Positions 21,849-45,525 of a stretch of 64,000 nucleotides of DNA are shown piece by piece. Under the pieces are notes generated by a model. The model did not search any database and was not told the DNA's origin. It saw only the letters and a program-made list of their open reading frames with translations. The translations under genes and the position numbers were made by a program. Source of the stretch: Phoronis australis (Eukaryota > Animalia > Phoronida); the NCBI GenBank assembly GCA_002633005.1, contig NMRA01000106.1, forward strand, positions 12,737-76,736, written 5' to 3'. The stretch's first letter is position 1; each line of letters opens with the position of its first letter.

Positions 21849-24263
21849 ATGACCACTAAATGTACAAAGCCAGAGAGTTGGTTTTTGTTAGTTGTTTGCG
21901 TATTGTATCTCACATTAGCAAACGACATCGTAGATACTCGGCCGCTCGATAACAACGCAAACCCTCGGACACTTGAAAGGGAATATGAGAGGAGCATAAA
22001 CGCCGAGGAGGTATCAAAAGAGGTGAAAAAACTAGTTTTACATTCGGATCAACATGGAGGTGGTAAGGATAAATTTGAGGAAAACTTAGAAGACAGTGGA
22101 CTGCTTAACGATTTTCTGAACACAGAGTATTACGTTGGTAAGCCCGTTTCTGATAACGATGACGACTTTTACTTCGCCGACTACGGTGTTTACGACAAAA
22201 AGTCACTCGCGAATCAAGGTTTTGAAGATCCATTTCAGTCGAGTAACGAACTGACAACCGCCAGATTTTTGGAACCCACAAATGATAACGCAGAAGAACA
22301 ACACAGCCAAAAATCGGATGAATTTCTTTATTCAACACGGCAGATGGATAAAGAGTTTCCGCTAGACTACAGAGAGGAAAGTGCGCGTGAGCCATTTGAT
22401 ATTTTTGATAACAAACCGTTTCAAAGTAATGTCGCAGAAGGCAGCGACATAAGCAGTGTCATAGCAGGCCAAACCCGCGGAGATTCCAACAGAAATCCTG
22501 CTCTATTAAGTTCCCACTCGCCGGCCGGAGACGTTGTGGATGTGCCAATTGCTGGATTAAAAAAACTCAACGAAGGCATAGAAGAGATGAAAAACGACTA
22601 CATGTATGTTGATCCCCCGGATACAGAAAACATTATCATAGGTGAAGATGACAACACGGATGATTATTTATCTAGAATTGACGACCTTCAGTATGAAATA
22701 CTAAACAATGAGCCGAAGAGTGTTCAAGGACTTGGACATTCTCACAATGCTTTTGGGAGCCGCCAAACCATAAGTGACACAGGCGAGACAATCGCAAAAT
22801 CGACAAAGACGAAGCCGTCTTTCTCAGTTGTCAACGGCGGAATTTTCGTTGATAGACCGAAAGAGCATCACACTCAAGTCGCACTCTCTTCTTCAGAAGC
22901 GGAATCGGAATTGCACAAACTGACCCAGGTCCTCAAACACTTCGAGGTGAAGGGATTGACGGATAAAAATGCTGCACTGGAAGAGACTTCGGACAGGGTG
23001 AACGTCGTCGATAATATGAACCAAGGTAATAAAGATTCGGAAACAAAGTCTGTGAGTGTTATACAGTATATGATGGACTTAATGAAGCTACCAATTCAAA
23101 TGCTGAATGTCGCCGCAAGGCTAACAGGAACTGACGTCATAGACCTAGTGAACGAAGATAATCACGCACGGAAGGTGATTCTCATACCGCGAATGCTCAA
23201 GTCTTCAGAAGCGCCCAAGCAATCTCGTCTGGTGGACACGGACGATAAGGAATTACGCAAGTTACAGGGCCAGTCCAGCCAACCTGCGTGGGTACGTGTG
23301 CTCCAACGCGGATCACGAAAACAAGTCTCCGATGACGTAAGTGAGCCCGTTGGACAGAATTCTGATCCTCACTCAATTCAACCGATTGATGGAAGTCAGC
23401 ATACATCATTGTATACAACAGTCAAAACGTTGTCCAACGAAGCTAGCGAAACATCTAAAGACATTAACACAAGCAGGCAAAACAACTACTACCTAAATGG
23501 AGTTGCAAGTAGGGAGCCACCTATTGAGAATACCACACCAACGGATGTGCAAATGCGCAAAGTAGAAACCAAAGACGGTCCTGGTGCAGACGAAACTCTT
23601 CACATCGAAAAAGGCGAGTCTGATCGGTTGTTTTACCAGATGAATAATGGTCCAAACAATCAGACGAAACTCATTCACGTTACGAAATTAACAAGATCAC
23701 GAAAACTTCGAGACGTGAATATAAATATAAAGATGGCGACTGGCAAATCTTCCACCAATTCAAATATTAATGGTTATGACAAACCTTCAACGACGCCTTC
23801 GGCGGCAATTATACAAAACAGTTATACTTCTGAACGTCCGTTCTCACACAGAGAACATGACATCCAGTGGACGCCTGGCAGTCCAGGGACAGTTAGTCGA
23901 AAACCTAAGTACACTTTAAAAGCGAGGTATCGACGAGATTTGCATATTTCACAGCGATCGTCCAAGTCTCAAGATAGGCCTGTAGGAGACGAGGTCCACC
24001 TGAAGGAGTGGAAAGAAACTCACGAAGACGAGGTCAACACGAGGATCGTAGGAACAAGAGCGGAACTGGCCGAGTGGCGCCACAGAGAGATGACGATGTC
24101 AATGATTGGCATCCTTCTGATGGTGGTCATTCTTGCCATCATGATGGCCATGCAAAGGTTGTGCTGCACGTGCGTGCGCACAGATACCGGATACAGGTGT
24201 CGCTTCTTTGTCTGCTGCGAGGACATCATGGAAGGAATTCTTTATGATGGGTTTTTTGAGTGA
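21849..24263 (+). CDS. Uncharacterised single-exon type-I membrane protein, 804 aa
   Basis: Long ORF with N-terminal signal peptide (WFLLVVCVLYLTLA), acidic/Ser-Thr-rich low-complexity ectodomain, furin-like RYRR, TM helix (MSMIGILLMVVILAIMMAM) and Cys-rich short tail (LCCTC..CRFFVCC). Confidence 0.8.
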   Translation: MTTKCTKPESWFLLVVCVLYLTLANDIVDTRPLDNNANPRTLEREYERSINAEEVSKEVKKLVLHSDQHGGGKDKFEENLEDSGLLNDFLNTEYYVGKPVSDNDDDFYFADYGVYDKKSLANQGFEDPFQSSNELTTARFLEPTNDNAEEQHSQKSDEFLYSTRQMDKEFPLDYREESAREPFDIFDNKPFQSNVAEGSDISSVIAGQTRGDSNRNPALLSSHSPAGDVVDVPIAGLKKLNEGIEEMKNDYMYVDPPDTENIIIGEDDNTDDYLSRIDDLQYEILNNEPKSVQGLGHSHNAFGSRQTISDTGETIAKSTKTKPSFSVVNGGIFVDRPKEHHTQVALSSSEAESELHKLTQVLKHFEVKGLTDKNAALEETSDRVNVVDNMNQGNKDSETKSVSVIQYMMDLMKLPIQMLNVAARLTGTDVIDLVNEDNHARKVILIPRMLKSSEAPKQSRLVDTDDKELRKLQGQSSQPAWVRVLQRGSRKQVSDDVSEPVGQNSDPHSIQPIDGSQHTSLYTTVKTLSNEASETSKDINTSRQNNYYLNGVASREPPIENTTPTDVQMRKVETKDGPGADETLHIEKGESDRLFYQMNNGPNNQTKLIHVTKLTRSRKLRDVNINIKMATGKSSTNSNINGYDKPSTTPSAAIIQNSYTSERPFSHREHDIQWTPGSPGTVSRKPKYTLKARYRRDLHISQRSSKSQDRPVGDEVHLKEWKETHEDEVNTRIVGTRAELAEWRHREMTMSMIGILLMVVILAIMMAMQRLCCTCVRTDTGYRCRFFVCCEDIMEGILYDGFFE

Positions 24264-26224
24264 GTTTCGCGTTTACTTTAACGGAAGTTGAATACGTTCG
24301 AACTCGTTGTTGTCNAATATTTCGTCACAGTCACGTGAAGACTCACCATCGCCCTCTTTTGAGGACCTCATAAAGAGGCAGCGAGTCGAAGCGATCGGCG
24401 GATACTCTTCTTCAAATGACGAAGGTTTTGATGAGAGCTAAACTGGACATCATTGTAAAGTTTATATTCAAAATAGAAGAGGCAATCGCCATCTAGCGTT
24501 CAGCGAGACATTAACATTGCATCGACATTTGCACTGACAAGACAGTCCGTTACCTTTAATTAACGTTCAACTAGCACTGATTAGAAATTTATTCAACTCC
24601 AGGCTTTTTTTAATTGTAATGTACAGTGCTACGAATAAGATATAGGCCTATGTACGGAGTATTCAGGCCATTTGTCATCCTAACTAATGAACAGTACTCA
24701 ACTCTAAACTTGTTCACAACGGCGGTGATCCCAAATGAATCACGGACTTTGCGTCCGCCAGGCGAAGTATCTCACTAGAACACACTTTTATTTCAATGCG
24801 AGTCCTTCACAGCAACGATTAAACAGAAGCACAAAGAGCAAAAATCAAAAACATATCATCTCGCAAAGCAAGTGAGGCACCACTCAGTGAACGAGGAACG
24901 CGTGAGACCGACCGCGGTCTTCGCTCTTTGAGGTTAACGCGGGTTTACCCCTGGCCCAACCGTTAGCGAATACTTACGTCTTGACACCAATAAGAAAACT
25001 ACAGTTCGAAAAAATGACTTACTTAAGTATTCACACTGATAACGCTTTCACACCACTTCCTTCAGTAGTGAAATAATAGATGCACATAGTACAATGCCAT
25101 TGAAGTTATTTTAATATGTGGTTATTTTAAAATCTTCGTCGGAGTGAATTTGCATTTCTGATCACTTGCACGCGACATAAGGCGAATTCATGAATAAAAT
25201 GGCGACCAAGATTTGACCCACGGTTAAAAACGTTAACAAGTGGTCAAAACCGCAGGCCCGTAGACAAGGAGGGGGGTTCGATCGACCCCANCCCCCCCCC
25301 CCCCCGCTGAAAAGGTCCAGCTCAGACTATCTGTTAGATAGGATACAGATGGACAACAACAAAATAGTTGCAGCTACTGGTACTATTATAACTACAATAA
25401 CTAAGTCAGTAATAACTTTGAATTTGCTTCCGATTCGAAGAGCTTCACGTGACCATCGGGTCGTACCCGGCTAACTTCACCTGAGTGATATTTGCATATG
25501 ATGACACGATCGTGCAGACGATTAGAAGAGGCTTTATTGCTCATCGGCATTGAACACACGTGGTGGTTACACCATAGGGTAACAAGGGAGTCTATAAATA
25601 AATGTCTATACCTAGCTAGGCTATATAGCAGCGAGAGAGCTCCCAATAAGTCACAGTGCGGTATGAATGCATAAAAATCGACCGAGAAACATAACAGCAG
25701 AACTAACATAGTGCGGTAAAGGGCAGGCATTTTCAAGTTTGGAATTGGAAGGGTTCGTCAAACACAGGTAAGTTTGTCATCCAGTGTGGATTGGAGGATT
25801 GAAATGCATGCGTGTACAAGTGTGTGCGTTTCCGTCCTTAACATTCAGTAGAAGTAAGTTATAGGCATCCCTCCGTCGATGCTCAAAAACCAGAATTTAA
25901 CTATTACAGTGTTTTCTTGCACTGACAAAACACCGACGATCGTGTTCACATTTTTGGCCGGGGAAAAGTAGGTCTAGACCCAATAAAACTTTGGTCCAAG
26001 AAGATAGGCTTCTCTTGTCATTAGTGTCAATTGTGCAGCCTCACACAGTTCATACGAGCAACTAACTTGGTGGAAAAGATTTCCAAATTTCGATGCCACT
26101 ATTCCGAAGGTTCACTACTTCGAATGTCCACAATTCCAAAACAAGAACTCCGACAGTTATTTTTTGTCTTAATACAAGCAAAGGCCCATGAGTCGATTTC
26201 GCATTATATCCAGGTTCTAATTCA

Positions 26225-26350
26225 CACCCTTGCACACCGAGCTCAGAGGAATAGAAGACACCTTGTGCAATGCTCGATTGTCATCCAGTGAAGTCAGGAT
26301 TCGAACCCAGGTCTCCCAAACAGAAGTCCCGACCTCTGATTGTCTGCTAA
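26225..26350 (-). repeat. tRNA-derived SINE-like fragment
   Basis: B-box-like gggttcgaatcc on the minus strand (ggattcgaaccc at ~26297-26308); no full cloverleaf. Confidence 0.35.
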
Positions 26351-27895
26351 CGAGTCCTAACAGACATGAATAAAGTATCGTATTTGTACCCATTTAGTAA
26401 CCATTTAAAGGGTGTGCAAAAGTTGATTAGTTATTACCACACTGATTAGATTGTATATAAATGAGCTCAGGTACACTTACTGTCAATCGTGATTCTTGAA
26501 TCTAACTCATTCTCAAGCATAGACAACATCTGGGGTACGAGTCAGGGCTGCGGCGACCAACGGTTTTAAATTTAAGAAGACTGAACGGGGCCCTCTGACT
26601 GCGTGAAAATAGGCAGAGGCAAGGTAACCTGCAAACCGTACATTTAATTTCGATCCGGCCGTGTACGTACGGTGGTTCCGGTGGGTGATGTTCAGGCGTA
26701 GAGGCCCTAAACTTTTCAGTCGCGCTGTGAAATGACCTTGACATGGATTTGATGAATGTATCGTGATGATAATTCATCAATATTCCCACTCCATGTTTTT
26801 AAAATGCAATAAAGTTCTCATTTTTCCGTGTTGGTAAGACGTGCGGTCAATGTCGCATGCACATGAAATCCAAACAAAGTATTTTAGTATCCGGGCGTTG
26901 TTTTCGGTATAGGTACACCATTCAGTGTATCAAATAACCGAAGTATCATTCATTTTTGTATGTACGAGTTGAATAAGTTAAATCTTTCCGTAGTAGTGAA
27001 CCTTCGGAATGGCGAAGCGAGCGGTGAGTAGTAGGCTGTTCCCATTTCCAACGACGTAAGCAACTTCAGTAACACGCACAAATAAACTAGATAAACAATT
27101 TCGTCAAGTTACTCTCCGCTACTTCTATCCCAGTAGGTGTAATCGTGTAATCACTCATTAAAGCATGCCTGGTTTGAAAATTTGGCAGGAAGTAACGCGA
27201 GAACGTGTTGGACCACATTACATTCGAATTGAGTCACGTTCTTTGCAAGCAACAGTCACGGCATCCTCATCTCTGGTAGGACTAATTCCGTCTCATCTCA
27301 AAAACATATAGCTGACTCATCGTTGTGTATACAAATTTCCCTCNNNNNNNNNNNNNNNNNNNNNNNNNNNNNNNNNNNNNNNNNNNNNNNNNNNNNNNNN
27401 NNNNNNNNNNNNNNNNNNNNNNNNNNNNNNNNNNNNNNNNNNNNNNNNNNNNNNNNNNNNNNNNNNNNNNNNNNNNNNNNNNNNNNNNNNNNNNNNNNNN
27501 NNNNNNNNNNNNNNNNNNNNNNNNNNNNNNNNNNNNNNNNNNNNNNNNNNNNNNNNNNNNNNNNNNNNNNNNNNNNNNNNNNNNNNNNNNNNNNNNNNNN
27601 NNNNNNNNNNNNNNNNNNNNNNNNNNNNNNNNNNNNNNNNNNNNNNNNNNNNNNNNNNNNNNNNNNNNNNNNNNNNNNNNNNNNNNNNNNNNNNNNNNNN
27701 NNNNNNNNNNNNNNNNNNNNNNNNNNNNNNNNNNNNNNNNNNNNNNNNNNNNNNNNNNNNNNNNNNNNNNNNNNNNNNNNNNNNNNNNNNNNNNNNNNNN
27801 NNNNNNNNNNNNNNNNNNNNNNNNNNNNNNNNNNNNNNNNNNNNNNNNNNNNNNNNGTTCCAACTCCATACAGCAAACCTTATTCCATAGCACTA

Positions 27896-37471
<9,576 letters not shown>

Positions 37472-38927
37472 AACAAATGAAATATAAAGTTTTGCAAAGT
37501 ATTGGTAGAGTTCCAGATTCACCAACTGAAACTGGATCACAGGCCAAGACCAGCTTTGTTTCTGTAGAAGAGAATGACAATGTATAGCGACAAGCAGAGC
37601 AAAATCATGAGGTCAATCTTATCAACTGTGATTGAAACCATCAAATACATTGTACTAGTTGTGAATTTTATGGCATAATTGCCAGGCAATAATGGCTTAC
37701 AAAACCTTTCACTTTATGGTTTCAGTTAAATTATGTTCTTACGTGGGGCATAATGAATGTTCATAATCAATTATTCAAACACACACTTCATNNNNNNNNN
37801 NNNNNNNNNNNNNNNNNNNNNNNNNNNNNNNNNNNNNNNNNNNNNNNNNNNAAGCACGGGTGAAACTGATGCAGCGTTTTTTAGTCGGTGAATACCGGCA
37901 AGGTAGAGTTCAGTGGCTGTCGCGGCTCAGAGAAATATCTAGCCAAAATCACGTGCCCTCTTTTAGATTACACGGCTATATATCGCGTAATCTCTCGTCT
38001 TGTTTTCTAAAAGATCTAGCATTACTGAAATCTACCCAAGTTTCAAAAGGAGTAGTTTCGGTCTACACGCTGTCGGTTTCGTGCAAGCCCGGCCGACTGA
38101 AAACACCTTTCCTGACTTGCATTCTGTTGTTTTCCTTATATGTGGAAAGTCACATGACTTGACTAATTGATAAAGTTCTTAACTTTATCACTTTGAAAAC
38201 GCTATAGAGAGTATCGGCGCATGAAACACCGTTTGGTAATTATTTTGCTATTATTCTGTACATAATGAGTTATTCTCTAATACAAAGACAAGGGTAAATC
38301 TATCACCTGCGAAATGCACGCAGTGATGACTCTCGTGTCAATTCCACATCATATCAACTAGGAAGATGTGAATGATTAGGGGACCAACATTACAAAAATC
38401 CCTCGTTTGGTTTCAAGTCCAGATTACAGCTGTTAATTTGAGGCTAATCTAGCTATTGGTCTAGTGTATTGTGAAGCTTTCCTGTGCTATTTTGTTCGGC
38501 AGGTCAAGGTTCAGATAGTTACTAAAACAAACCAGAAGACCGACACCCACGCATCTCTTTTGGTTATTTTTATCCTCATTTCTTCGGGCAAAATGATCCA
38601 AACTTGAATTTTTGGAGGAATTCAACTTCAGACAAGCAGCTCCAAAAGTCCCAGTTTCGGTCCACAAGCCAGTGTTTTATTGCTGGGACTAGCCATAACT
38701 GTACCAGTACTATTGGCGGCAATTCCTTTAGTCCACGCAGTAGGACCTTCGATCAGATTCTCTGATGAACATCCTTCTTGACGCCAGTGGGAATTGTCAT
38801 CTGACATACTAAAATGGGCCTTTGTCATTTGTGGGGACGGGCCCAGCAAGCTCGTTACCCATTACATTTTATTGAGCCATACTAGATCGGATCCGTTGAT
38901 TCTCCATAGGTATTTGTCTAGAGTGGA

Positions 38928-39133
38928 CATGCATTAGGGGAGCCTCGAGGGCTCGAACGAAGTGGGCAAAAGGTCCTCCTCAAAGAAACAAAAACTACAA
39001 AAAAGTAGATAACGAGACAAAATTAAAAGTCCATAAAAAAGGCAGGAGCTACCACTAATTCGGCGCAAATCTAAGTGAAAGGTCCGCATTTCAAAAATTC
39101 GAGCCCCCCATTTTTAGGCTGGGTGCTCGCATG
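38928..39133. mobile_element. MITE family A copy
   Basis: gaagtgggcaaaaggtcc...cccccatttttaggctgggtgctcgcatg. Confidence 0.7.
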
Positions 39134-40559
39134 CATTTTCGCAAGGCCCTAGCATTATTAGGCTTAGACAACGTACGTGGGCCTATCTGCTATGATTTTT
39201 GTCTGCTCGCGAGAACGGAATCAACCCCAGGTGTCGCAATTTGTCATTCATCCGGGAATTTCTACTAGTGTTCCGCCATTTTAAGCGTTGTTGGTTGGCG
39301 TTCTTTTCTCCGTCTTTGTTTGAAGATCTGTCANGCATTATTAGGCTTAGACAACGTACGTGGGCCTATCTGCTATGATTTTTGTCTGCTCGCGAGAACG
39401 GAATCAACCCCAGGTGTCGCAATTTGTCATTCATCCGGGCATTTCTACTAGTGTTCCGCCATTTTAAGCGTTGTTGGTTGGCGTTCTTTTCTCCGTCTTT
39501 GTTTGAAGATCTGTCATATCGAGTGAGAATGGGAAGAAAAAAGAAGAAGCAGTCGAAACCTTGGTGTTGGTATCCTTTGAATGATGAAAATATTTTCAAG
39601 CAAATTTTGCGTCGTGTCTCGTTAAATCTCTTCGTTCCGTCCACGACCAAGTCGGTAGTCGGTAGATAGACGCACAGGCGCTTGAGTTTATCTGTTACTC
39701 GATCGCAAATGACGTCACTCACTACTAAGGAAACATAAAGGTTGGGCACTCAAAATCTGTTTGCTCAGAATTTTCTACTCAAATGAGCATGGAACTCCAC
39801 GAAACTAGCATCGAACAAACCTTTGAATACCTTCTTTCATTTGATCTCTTCAAATTGCCTTCGAGTAGGGCGGTCGAACCAAAATTTTTTTTTTCGTTTT
39901 GAAAAAATTCTTTACTATCATCGGGAAGATAATGCATCCTANTAGATTATAGACAACAGATTCGCAACTCCGCCATATCCTTACGTGCTGAGTTGAACTC
40001 TCCTGACCTATCTGCTGCAGTTTCCGGTCAGTGTATTTTGACGAGAAATACTTGCATCTACTTTACTGTCCAAAACAACGAAAAAGTATTAATTAATATT
40101 AATTTTGGCATTGAAACGCTTTTCAAAGTCTTTCAATAGTAGAAGTTTTGGTATTATGAGTACTTTTGGTTATGCTACTGGTACTTAATTACAAAATTCA
40201 AACTTCGGTGCCGACTGATTATGTCGTCTGCTTGCCCAATAGCAGCATAGTTATCGGACAGTTTTTGATTTATGGTTCACATAGGCCTACTGAGAAAACT
40301 ACGAAAGCATGTTTATGAATCAACATTCTCAAGTGATCAGTTATTCTGGAAAGTGTTGAGTGGCCCTTAAAAGGGCCGTTGGTTGTAGCTATAGCGTGAA
40401 ATGGTTTTTAAAAGAACCGTTGAATAATTCAACATAAATCACACAGTATACCCTGCTCACTCAAGTACTGAAGGTCCTCTTCATTCAAGTTTTCATCTGG
40501 GAAGATTGGATGAAAACAGAGAAGATGGCAATATCGATGACATTTGTATCACCTTATAT

Positions 40560-43500
40560 TAGGGCGGTCGAACCAAAATTTTTTTTTTCGTTTTGAAAAA
40601 ATTCTCTACCATCATCGGGAAGATAATGCATCCTACTCAATAAAAATCGAAAAATTATCAAAATCGAGCCAAGCACTGCAAAGTTATTGCAATTTTTGTG
40701 GCGAAATTTGGGTCACCTTGTTTGGATCGGTTCGGCCATCTTGGACGACAGCGGAATAAGTTACAAGTTTAAAACTTAGTATAAATTATTTTCGCCGATA
40801 ATTTACGGTAAAAATTAGGGAGACATATCTTTACTTACTATTCTGCGCGATTCACTAGTTTTCACTAAATTTAAGCAACGCAGTTCTTACTTATTGAGTG
40901 ATAAAAGTGCTGAGAATTCCCGTTGGACTTAGTCTCATTTCCGGCGGCACCGACAACATGGCGACTTTTGCTGAACTGAAAGGCATGTTCAACCAGCTAC
41001 TTTGTAATTTGTGAAGATTTAACGTTGATACATTTTGACAAACGCTGCTACAAAAAAGGAACTCTGATCAATTTTCATGTTTTTGTTCAAAAAATATTAG
41101 GAATATTCTAATTATTTTTCCCATTCAGGTGATCTTACACTCGGCTAAAAAAGTTGAAATATTTTTGAAATGTTTTTTTTTTGTTTGACAGCCAACTGCT
41201 CTTCAAGGCTTGATTATGTACCACAAAATGATTCGTATTTCTCTGAATTTTGTGGCAAATTTGTGCTTTGAAGTTGTGTTTTGTAACTTGTTGCTTTCTT
41301 TCTTCAGGTTATCAACAGAAGGCAATAGTATTATATGAAGAATCTTAATAANATTCATATTTCTCTGAATTTTGTGGCAAATTTGTGCTTTGAAGTCGTG
41401 TTTTGTAACTTGTTACTTTCTTTCTTCAGGTTATCAACAGAAGGCAATAGTATTATATGAAGAATCTTAATAAAAGAAATAGGCTATGTTGGATTGTGAA
41501 TCTTCAAGCCTCCAATCCTTGTAACTTGCAACTTCATATTATTTAAATCATGGTTGTGGAATTCTGGTGTAAGGAAATACTAGTCAGTCGCCATGGTAAT
41601 AGTTATGTGCATGCAAATTAGTAGTCAAGAAAATTTTGTGCAGTTGGATACCATTTGTAATGCTTAATGATCTAAAGTACTGTGCATTCAAGGTTACTTA
41701 TGGTAAAAGATTGAATCATTTTCGCTTACACATTATGGTAACTGTACTGAGATTATTTCAGTTTTGACTGATGTGGGGTAGATATAACCCTCAACTACCT
41801 TGAAAGTCTTTCACTCTAGAAAATTGAAAGGTCACTTCCTTCGTACTCACCGCTTAAATAAAAAATTATAACATTTTGTATTGGACTTATCATGCTCCTC
41901 ATTTATTTTTCCAATCTTTTAGTTATCTCATAACTGAATCAGAAATAGTGAAATCAGTCCTCAGCTTGGCACAGCAATTCATTACAATGCGACTTCATTT
42001 TGGCAGTACAGGGGAAGATGTACCAGTGAAGAAGGCACCCCTTCAAGTGATCTGTACTGAAATAGAAAATCAATCAGTTGAAGGCACTGATACAAGCTTA
42101 AANCTCTAGAAAATTGAAAGGTCACTTCCTTCGTACTCACCGCTTAAATAAAAAATGATAACATTTTGTATTGGACTTATCGTCTTTGAGCTATGTCAAG
42201 AAATGGAATTGAAAGAACGTACGCCAGGGATTAATTATCATATGAAAAAAGCAAAATTTTGGAGGGTTGACCAATCTTGTCAAAACTGAGGGTTTTTTGT
42301 CTAGTATCTTTTCTTGCCAATGCCTTGGATGATCTGCTCAATGAAGATGAAAATAAATTTGTGTCATGTTTGGGAAGTTAATGATTATATCAGTGGCGTA
42401 CATGTACATACCTAACAGCTATAGACTGTTGCCACTGCATGGGTGGAACATAGAAAAAGTAGCCACAACAGAATTACATGTAATGTGACTGTTTTTGACT
42501 GAGATAGAAATGAAGACCTCTTTTACATAAGATACGTTATCATCAAGGAAAATTTTTTCTCATCAATACAAAACATGCTCCTCATTTATTTTTCCAATCT
42601 TTTAGTTATCTCATAACTGAATCAGAAATAGTGAAATCAGTCCTCAGCTTGGCACAGCAATTCATTACAATGCGACTTCATTTTGGCAGTACAGGGGAAG
42701 ATGTACCACTGAAGAAGGCACCCCTTCAAGTGATCTGTACTGAAATAGAAAATCAATCAGTTGAAGGCACTGATACAAGCTTAAAAATCATACAGTTAGT
42801 CATTTAAAATACTCCAGTAACTTGTTAAAATTCATGAAAATTCACTTCCTTACTCTACTTGAAATGAAACTGGCTTTCACTGTGCAAAATGGCCCTAAAA
42901 ATAGATATGATGTGATCCAAAGACACTGCATAATTTGTTTACTTGGCTGCCATGACAAATCACGTGGAAGTGGAAAAATCCACAGCTTTCATCAAACTTT
43001 GTATCTTTTGCGCACTCAACTCTGGTTACATTTGTATTGCGATTGCTGCATTATTTAGAGGGGGTGGTGTACTCATAAAACCGGGCGAAAATTTTTCTTT
43101 TTTCTTGTCGTAGAAATATCCAATTAATTTTAAATTTTACAAAAAATAGGACTTCTAATAAAAATAAAAATTCTTCGTCAAGATTCCAAAAATTTGACCA
43201 TATTTTCGCACACAAATAACCTTCACACCCCTTCGTAAGGACTATCCTATGTGGGCAAACTCGGTCACTTGCCGGTATGCCGTCCATTTTGGGTGGTTGG
43301 TGAATTTTGAGCTCAAGGTCGAAATTAAACGTCCCGTGGAGTATGAAAATGCAGATGAAGTCCATGAAAAGATTTGGAGATAGTATACTGAGTGTTTCTG
43401 GACCTGTTAATGTGAGTTTTGTTTGATAGGTTAAATTTTCACGCGCGTTAAAAATTTTTAAACGTTGATGTTCAGCACGGCAAAATCACCGACACGCGGA

Positions 43501-44093
43501 AGTGACGTCACCAGCCAATATTTCAAAAGCGGTTTTAGATACACTCACATAACGCTTTTGCGCACGTCGGGGACATGTGACACTTGAATGCAGTTCAGTC
43601 CAATATTTTAAGGGGAGGTTGGCCTATAAAGAACCGGACGAAGAATTTTGAAAAAAAAATTTTAACTTGTATTTATTTTGCTCTAAAGTTGAAATTTAAC
43701 AAAATTTTTATGTTTAAGGACGAAATTAAAAATTCTTCGTCCGGAAAGTGAAAATTTGACCTTTCTTTTATATAAAAACATTTAATGCACCCCCCCAACT
43801 GGTGAGTCCAACATGCGCATAGAGCTGAAAAATGCCTACTTGTCGGTGCCGCGGTTTCGCGAGACTGGGATTCCTGAACCTGGACCTTCATTCAAAGGTG
43901 GAATTTCACACTTTAGTGGGCAGAGAGGTCAGACTCATTTATTGTACGTTTAGAACGTTTATTTGAGAATCTGTTACTTTACTTTTTGTAGCTTAAGAAT
44001 GTGGAGTTTAACTAATAAAAATTTTTGAAAATGGAACTTGGGACATTGAAAATGGCCCATCCAAAAACAAAATGGCCGACTTCGACCGCCCTA
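40560..44093. mobile_element. ~3.5-kb non-autonomous TIR element (hAT-like TAGGG termini)
   Basis: 13-bp perfect TIR tagggcggtcgaa (40560) and ttcgaccgcccta (44081-44093); no intact ORF and no clean TSD; second left end at 39866-39941. Confidence 0.6.
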
Positions 44094-45525
44094 CCATGAG
44101 GCTAATAATTACAAAAATTCTTTACACTGAGCAAAAAAATATCACCTGATAGCCTAAATAAAAATTCAATTCCAGGTTCACGCATACGCGATCTTGAGAC
44201 AAAGCAGGATTCGAAGTTCACACACACAGCAGCAACACGCCCAGTGAAATTGCCTACTTGCAGGAAGAGATATCTCTTCCTGCTACTTGTGAAGTCGGAC
44301 AGGCAACAAGTAGCCGCCTGTGCACGTAGCCCCTCGGTTGTGCCTAGAAGTCAGAGTGTACAAAAACCTGAACATGCGAACAGTATTACTGAAGCCAAAG
44401 CCTTCAAATACCTTGCATATAGCTCAACTTGGATTTAAACTCATTTTTCAAAAATTTAACGCCAAATTTCAGATATGTTTTTTCACGGAAGCCATTGAAA
44501 TTCAGGTGCTATGACAAGGACACCTAGCGTCGAAATGCGTAAACAAGTACGAATTTGTGCCTATTTAGTCTTATACATGAGAAGAAAACATGCACGCACA
44601 TTATGTTGGTTGGGACGGAACTGTAAAAAAGTCAAAGAGGTAACGAGACGTTATGAAATGTACGTGCGCTGCATTCATAGGATCGCCGTATNGCGTGGTT
44701 GCGCTGCACGCGAAACAAGATGGCGGACGAACTTTGGAGCCTGACGAAAATAGGTAACCGGACGATATATGAATTATAATCTGATGACAGCGATGCGTCT
44801 TGTCGATGAATCGATGCAGACGACGACGAAAGCACGTGCAATTTGATTGCATTTTAAAGTATCTTTTTGCCTTCCAAAGTATCTCTTTGCCTTTATCGTG
44901 AGCTGTCGGGTTTTGACCACAGTAAGTGTTTCATCTGTGGTTGGATTTTATTTTAAAGACAAATGAAAAAATAAACAAATGGAAGAATGTCATTGCATCC
45001 AGATGTTTTCATTGTGGATAAATATTCTTCAACTTCTATATGTAGTCAAGCAACATAATGTGGGACGTCTTGGCGCATTTTGTATTATATAATTGGAAAT
45101 ACTACGGATAGTTGTAAATCCTTTACTGAAGTAAAGACTTACCTTTACGGAATAGTTCTATTACTATATCTTGTCACCGAAAGCCACATTTATGTTCTGA
45201 CTGATCATTAAAAAACACAACTAGCAAACCTTCGGAGAACCTAAATATCGGACACCGTGTTTCCGCATACGGAAACTAACCAAGTAATGGCCGCGGGCAC
45301 TTTGTCGCCAAATTGCAGCTTGAGTGTTTAGATATATTTGCTGCTAGAATACAGCTCCGCTCGCAATAAAATTATTCTTAAAACGTCATCTGATGACGGC
45401 ACCAAGTTGCCTCTATGAATGAGTGCAGACGACCAAAACCACGTGTAACCTCACTGCAGATTTTGTATCTCTTTGCATTCTTGATGTGACACACACACAC
45501 GTGCGCGGGTTTGACATGAGTTTAA

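Noticed and set aside
24711-24990. Possible solo LTR (TGT...ACA with minus-strand AATAAA)
   Set aside because: No matching target-site duplication and no second copy in the window.
39154-42785. Short direct duplications around single Ns (39154-39515, 39866/40560, 41190-41473, 41814-42785; also 52653-52965)
   Set aside because: Near-identical overlaps at contig joins; most likely assembly or haplotype redundancy rather than biological repeats.
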